IMG/VR virus record: IMGVR_UViG_3300032053_000002 | Span: 1 to 64,000 of that record | Length of the DNA stretch: 64,000 nucleotides | Reading direction: 5' to 3' (one strand) | Shown here: in pieces, positions 59,255-64,000 of the stretch | Layout: each line of letters starts with the position of its first letter | Numbering within the stretch: position 1 is the first letter of the stretch | The notes under the pieces: generated by a model | Database searches by the model: none | Seen by the model: only the letters and a program-made list of their open reading frames with translations | What the model was told of the DNA's origin: nothing | Program-made: the position numbers and the translations under genes

Positions 59255-59329
59255 AATGTAACTCGGAGGCATATAACGTAACCTATCTATCTATAATTAT
59301 ACAATTTTATTAAAAATAAGTTCCATTTT

Positions 59330-60136
59330 TTAGAATTTTTTTCCACAAGATGGGCAATATGTTTCGTTTTTTCTGCGTCTCCGACCACAATCAGAACAAT
59401 ATTCCCGAACATCCTGAATAGTGGCTGGTTTCTGAGAAACTGGGAGTATTTGGAATTGAATGGAATATGCACAATAAGTATCGAAATCCAGATAAACACT
59501 ATTAAATTCCTGATCAGATACAGACCCCTGTTCCACTCTTCCGGTTTCTATTTCTGTTTTATCCATATAATCAATGGACGCAACACCAACACCAGAAGTG
59601 AGAGTTGTATTATTATAACAAGTGGTAGTAATGGAACTTGATAGACCGTCATTCAGATTAGTATTTCCGGCGGTTGTATACCATGTATATTTAGGCCAGC
59701 AAGGATAATCGTCCCGTCTTTTTCTTCGTCCGCCACCGATGTAGATTGGGTTTATCGTTATCGATGATCGAATTTCTTTCTTTCTATAAAAAGAAATTTC
59801 CACCTTTCCATTGTTTCTAATAGCATTTGTTCTATCAGAATCTACGGAATACGTTTCAAACTTGAAACGTCTTTTGTTTCCCTGATTGAGATCCGGGGTG
59901 TCTAAGTACACTCGTTCTCCAGGTCGTAAGACTAATCCCGCATCAGAAACCAACTCATCATTCAACTTAATTTTAGCGAGCCATGTTTCATTTGTTGGAT
60001 TATCAAATTCTAATTGAAATTCCGTGTTGTTTTCCATAAAAAGTTTATTTCCCGGATAAACCTTAACACGATTTCTGTTTAATACGATGTGCGCATTTGG
60101 ATAATTGCCGGATTCGGCATAAGATACATTAGTCAT
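59330..60136 (-). CDS. Conserved phage protein with C-terminal Zn ribbon
   Basis: ATG 60136 after AAGGAG; GLVLRPGERVYL; ETGRVEQG; CSDCG...CPSCG. Confidence 0.7.
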   Translation of the reverse strand: MTNVSYAESGNYPNAHIVLNRNRVKVYPGNKLFMENNTEFQLEFDNPTNETWLAKIKLNDELVSDAGLVLRPGERVYLDTPDLNQGNKRRFKFETYSVDSDRTNAIRNNGKVEISFYRKKEIRSSITINPIYIGGGRRKRRDDYPCWPKYTWYTTAGNTNLNDGLSSSITTTCYNNTTLTSGVGVASIDYMDKTEIETGRVEQGSVSDQEFNSVYLDFDTYCAYSIQFQILPVSQKPATIQDVREYCSDCGRRRRKNETYCPSCGKKF

Positions 60137-60255
60137 AGTAAATCTCCTTATTATAGTTTGTTTGACTAAAACGTCCACCTTTTGATTCACGACTATTTTA
60201 TAAATCGCTCCAAAGTCTTGACGGCTCTCAACCGATGAACTGACATTTATATATG

Positions 60256-60283
60256 TTATACTTTTTAGTGTATAAAAAGTTCC
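60256..60283 (-). promoter_or_regulatory. ECF-sigma-type promoter
   Basis: GGAACTT-N15-GTATAA. Confidence 0.75.
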
Positions 60284-60301
60284 AATAGTAAATAGTAAAA
60301 A

Positions 60302-61213
60302 TTATATTTTTTTAGATTCTCTTTTCACAATAGACACTATAATAGAAATGATTAAAATAAAAAGAATAAACAACAAGGTAATGATTATCGGAATCTTATA
60401 CACCCAAATGAACATCATCTTTATTCCAATGAATATTAGAATGACAGAAAGACCTACATATAAATAATCAAAAAGTCTCATAAATCCAGACAACGCAAAA
60501 TAAAGAGCTCGAAGACCGAGTATAGCAAATATGTTGGATGTATATACTATAAAAGGATTCAATGTTATCGCTAAAACGGCCGGTATGGAATCTATCGCGA
60601 ACACAATATCACTAGTTTCTATCACTATTAAAACTATAAGTAAAGGAGTCGCCATAATTTTGCCACTTCTCTTAATAAAAAAACTTTCTCGCTCATATTG
60701 CGGAGTGATTGAAATAAATTTTCTAGCAAATTTAACGATCGGGTTTCTTTCTACTTTAATACCCCTTTCTTTATTAGTCAATGTCTTAATCCCTGTTAAT
60801 ATAAGAAATCCGCCAAAAATATAGATTATCCATTGAAACTTGTTTATCAAAGTTATTCCCAATACAATAAAAATCGCTCTCATTATTAGTGCGCCGATAA
60901 TACCCCAAAAGAGAACTTTGTGTTGATGACGAGTTTCAACCCTGAAATATGAAAAGATTATTAAAAAGACAAAAAGATTGTCGGCACTCAAAGATTTTTC
61001 TAAAAGATACGCAGTTAAAAATTCTAATGCGGCATCACTTCCAAACGAGAAATAAATTATTATATTAAACATCAACGCCAAACTTATCCAAACAAGAGTC
61101 CAGACAATAGCTTCTTTTAGTTTTATTTCGTGGGATTTTTTATTAAAGATGCCCAAATCAATAAAGAGCATTAGAAAAACAAAAGCATTAAATAATATCC
61201 AATATAAGTACAT
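60302..61213 (-). CDS. TerC/Alx family membrane protein
   Basis: EKSLSADNLFVF; QHKVLFWGI.GAL.MR; IE.SDIVFAIDSIPA; SNIFAILGLR.LYF. Confidence 0.93.
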   Translation of the reverse strand: MYLYWILFNAFVFLMLFIDLGIFNKKSHEIKLKEAIVWTLVWISLALMFNIIIYFSFGSDAALEFLTAYLLEKSLSADNLFVFLIIFSYFRVETRHQHKVLFWGIIGALIMRAIFIVLGITLINKFQWIIYIFGGFLILTGIKTLTNKERGIKVERNPIVKFARKFISITPQYERESFFIKRSGKIMATPLLIVLIVIETSDIVFAIDSIPAVLAITLNPFIVYTSNIFAILGLRALYFALSGFMRLFDYLYVGLSVILIFIGIKMMFIWVYKIPIIITLLFILFILIISIIVSIVKRESKKI

Positions 61214-61515
61214 TATAATAGCAATTTTTCTTCATTAAAGTCATCAAAAACTATATTTCCTGCGCTGAATTGCATCTTCCCATTCTTAAAGTATTTTATC
61301 CAATTATTATCAATGGTTTCGCCTTCAGCATACAAAATAAAAAGGTTCGCTGAATATTTTTTAGATAATTCTCGTAAATCTTTCTCGTGAGTTTCCCACA
61401 GTGATGGATTACCCTTTAATGCATATCTGGCTTCACTATTATTTTCTAATAGGTAGTCCATTATTTTCTGATCGAACGGTTCAATCTCCACTAAAAAAAC
61501 GCAATATTTTCCCAT
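61213..61515 (-). CDS. Hypothetical protein
   Basis: Coupled ORF. Confidence 0.5.
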   Translation of the reverse strand: MGKYCVFLVEIEPFDQKIMDYLLENNSEARYALKGNPSLWETHEKDLRELSKKYSANLFILYAEGETIDNNWIKYFKNGKMQFSAGNIVFDDFNEEKLLL

Positions 61516-61517
61516 AC

Positions 61518-63062
61518 TTATATTTCTCGACTTATTATAACACTGCCTCCCGGGGAGAACATCGTTGTTTCTATCTGCCCCGCCCGTTTCTCTTTAACCT
61601 CTTTAACCGCATTATCAAAATATTCTTTAATTTCATCAGATGTTATCGGGTGTTTGGATTTTGCGTCATCTGTAATTTCTTCTATTTTATCTGGAATAGG
61701 AATTTCGCCTTCGTGCTCTTCGTCAGGCTCAGGTATTTTATCATCCTCGACCGGTATTGTCTCAATTGGTTCTGGTATAACATCATTATCGATTTCTTCT
61801 TTATCGGGTTCAGGTAAAATGTCGTCTTCTTCTGTCTTATCTGGCTCCGGAATATCCGGTTCCAAAACTACTTCTTCTATTATTTCAGGTTCAATAACCA
61901 ATTGTGTCGACTTCGGATCAACTTCTTCGGCTACCACTGGGGAAGTAAACACCTGAGCGTCTTCCTTGTTCTGAGTTTCCATTTCTTCTTGATTAATGTT
62001 AATAGGTTGAATTATTTTTTCAGCTTCTTCGATAATAATGGGATTTTGTTCTGTCGCGGCAGCAGGAAGATTGAAATCATCCGGCGGTGATTGTAATAAA
62101 TCGGTTTCTTCTTTTACTACTATTGTTTTTTTTCTCCGCCTTTTTGGTTTTGTGAGTTCTTCCACTCGTTCAGTTTCATCACCACTTATAACCGTACTCA
62201 CGCTAACTACTCTTTGTTTTCCTTCAATACTAATTCTTTCTTCCTTTGATTTTTGTATAACCATATTCATGGCGATAATAAGAGCGATCGCCAAAGGATC
62301 GAATACAAAAATAATAATAAGAGTAAACCATTTAACGACCGTGTCCATACCAATATTAAACAATCTCGCAATATACAATAACGGCCCAACATCGGCTCCA
62401 GTATCAATCAACTCAAGTTTTTTGTCTGAGATTTCATTGCCTATTCTTGAAAGTTTTGCGTTCGTAGAATCCAAGTTGGCGACATACTTAGAAATGTTAT
62501 TATCTATTCTCGTTAGTTCTTCATCGTATCGCTTGTAGACCTGACTATTTCTCCAGGAGCGGTTTTTGATTGAAACGGAATCGATTGCTATATTATTGGC
62601 TGCGATTTCGCCATTTCTATTCTGAATCGTTGATTGCCGTTCATTTCTTAACGTTGATATATCGTTTATCAATCTTTCACGCTCCGCTACCAGATCACCT
62701 TTTCGCTGATCTAGAACCTGGTTCTGAGAATTGATTTTTTCCAATCCAATAGTAGAACCTTGATAAGAACTGGTTAAATATCCGAAAATACCGGCGGAAG
62801 TAAGTATCATTAAAATCAACAATCCGATAGTCAAATATACCTTTAACGACTTCGGAACGGCTTTCCAATAACGATATAAAAATGAGGCGGTGATAATTTT
62901 AGCGAATTCCAATCCACCCATCATTATGGCGACATAAACAAGAGAACCGGCGTATAACATCGAAACACCAGTAATAGAAAATACTGCTGCCATAGAAGCC
63001 AATAGCATTGCCGAGAAGCCTAATAGAAATGTAAAAAGCCGGCTATTCGTTTTTTCTAGCAT
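61518..63062 (-). CDS. Multi-TM coiled-coil membrane protein with acidic PEPD-repeat tail
   Basis: TMs; TSAGIFGYL; VGPL.YIA; IIFVFDPLA. Confidence 0.65.
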   Translation of the reverse strand: MLEKTNSRLFTFLLGFSAMLLASMAAVFSITGVSMLYAGSLVYVAIMMGGLEFAKIITASFLYRYWKAVPKSLKVYLTIGLLILMILTSAGIFGYLTSSYQGSTIGLEKINSQNQVLDQRKGDLVAERERLINDISTLRNERQSTIQNRNGEIAANNIAIDSVSIKNRSWRNSQVYKRYDEELTRIDNNISKYVANLDSTNAKLSRIGNEISDKKLELIDTGADVGPLLYIARLFNIGMDTVVKWFTLIIIFVFDPLAIALIIAMNMVIQKSKEERISIEGKQRVVSVSTVISGDETERVEELTKPKRRRKKTIVVKEETDLLQSPPDDFNLPAAATEQNPIIIEEAEKIIQPININQEEMETQNKEDAQVFTSPVVAEEVDPKSTQLVIEPEIIEEVVLEPDIPEPDKTEEDDILPEPDKEEIDNDVIPEPIETIPVEDDKIPEPDEEHEGEIPIPDKIEEITDDAKSKHPITSDEIKEYFDNAVKEVKEKRAGQIETTMFSPGGSVIISREI

Positions 63063-63067
63063 TTTGT

Positions 63068-63253
63068 TTATAATCGGTTATCAGTTTCGCGGACAATCAG
63101 GGATTGAATTTGACCTAATTTTGCTTGCAAATATTTTAACGTATCATAAACCTTTTCTTCGGTAATGGTTTTCTTTTCCATTCCAGTTTTAGCCATATCA
63201 AGTTGAGCTGACGCTTCCCCTAAATACTGATCCACTAATTCTTTGTATATCAT
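63068..63253 (-). CDS. Small hypothetical late protein
   Basis: AAGGAG RBS and late motif upstream. Confidence 0.5.
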   Translation of the reverse strand: MIYKELVDQYLGEASAQLDMAKTGMEKKTITEEKVYDTLKYLQAKLGQIQSLIVRETDNRL

Positions 63254-63294
63254 AAAAACTCCTTAAAATTTTGTTTACTCATATAAATATAAAA

Positions 63295-63324
63295 AAAAGA
63301 AAAAGGGGGACAATTTGTCCCCCC
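63295..63324 (-). terminator. Intrinsic terminator after Ro60
   Basis: gggggacaa-a-ttgtccccc followed by U-tract. Confidence 0.8.
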
Positions 63325-63330
63325 GTTGAT

Positions 63331-64000
63331 TTAGAATTTATCACTAATGAAATCGGACATTATTGTTGGAACGTTTGTATCGAAGCCAACTACATCGAGT
63401 GCGGAAGTATCCATCGGATCCGCTATCGTAAATTCGGTGCTCGTCATTCCGACAACAATAAGTTTCACGTCATGCCCAACTTGGTCTCTGTATTGTTTCA
63501 TTGCTTGAGTTGGATGAATTTTACCTGCCCAAGTTTCGCAATCCGTATAAATAACAATCGCGTCAAAATCCTTTTTGTTATTTTTCGCCCAAATTGCTGG
63601 CAATGCGCAATCAGTTGCTCCAAACGGTAATCCGTTAGTATAATCCGTTATTTCGTTCAAAGACATTCCTGAGTGAACCTTTAACTCGGCGACGTTTGAT
63701 TGCCCAGATAACCAATCTCCTCCAGTGAATCCGATAATAGCGTGATTCTTTTCAGTTCTCATCGTTACCAATGCGAGAGCCGCAGACGCTTCTCTCGGAG
63801 AAAGGTTTAGAATGTTAGCAACACCACCATTAGACATTGAACCGGATACGTCAAGAGCTAACAATATTCTTTTCCCGGTCGGTTCAACATATTTGAACGC
63901 TAAATAAAACGCATCGTTCAGCGCTTTAACAATTTGCGGAACAACATTCCATTGACCAGACCCGCGCATACCGTGACCAGATTCGTAAGTTTTCAGCGCC
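63331..64000 (-). CDS. Ro60/Rsr TROVE-vWA RNA-binding protein (C-terminal part; runs off window)
   Basis: KRILLALDVSGSM; TDCALP; YTDCETWAG.IHP.QA..QYR; KLIVVGMTS..FTIADP.D...LDVVGFD. Confidence 0.92.
   Translation of the reverse strand, partial: ALKTYESGHGMRGSGQWNVVPQIVKALNDAFYLAFKYVEPTGKRILLALDVSGSMSNGGVANILNLSPREASAALALVTMRTEKNHAIIGFTGGDWLSGQSNVAELKVHSGMSLNEITDYTNGLPFGATDCALPAIWAKNNKKDFDAIVIYTDCETWAGKIHPTQAMKQYRDQVGHDVKLIVVGMTSTEFTIADPMDTSALDVVGFDTNVPTIMSDFISDKF

Noticed and set aside
63254-63330. Y RNA next to Ro60
   Set aside because: Only a terminator and late motif lie downstream. The upstream side is outside the window.

Overview
A 64 kb segment of a large, AT-rich, lytic myovirus-like (jumbo-type) phage genome, almost entirely encoded on the minus strand. 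From left to right it holds four blocks. (1) A giant repeat-built tail/virion protein that runs off the left edge and is missing from the ORF track (1-7168). (2) A recombination/replication block: Mre11-Rad50 fusion, primase and Holliday-junction resolvase, invaded by homing endonucleases. (3) A T4-like baseplate/virion operon (gp6, gp25, spike/hub-like, DNRLRE protein) in which one gene is split by an unannotated 253-nt group I intron, followed by a gp55-like late sigma factor. (4) A long accessory region: tmRNA, IMPDH/GMPR, a PncA-PncB-NadE NAD+ salvage set, Dam methylase, peptide deformylase, ClpP, SNF2 helicase, NUDIX, Thg1-like protein, TerC and Ro60/TROVE. The most interesting signals are: a Preiss-Handler-type NAD+ rebuilding route unlike the described phage NARP1/NARP2 pathways; non-canonical tRNA-like RNAs (a D-armless ACG tRNA, a 49-nt acceptor/T-arm minihelix and a degenerate cloverleaf) in a genome rich in RNA repair/rescue genes; three distinct promoter classes implying a sigma70 -> ECF -> late-sigma cascade; and an endonuclease insertion that duplicated the resolvase C-terminus. 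All functional calls come from motif recognition by eye, without database searches.
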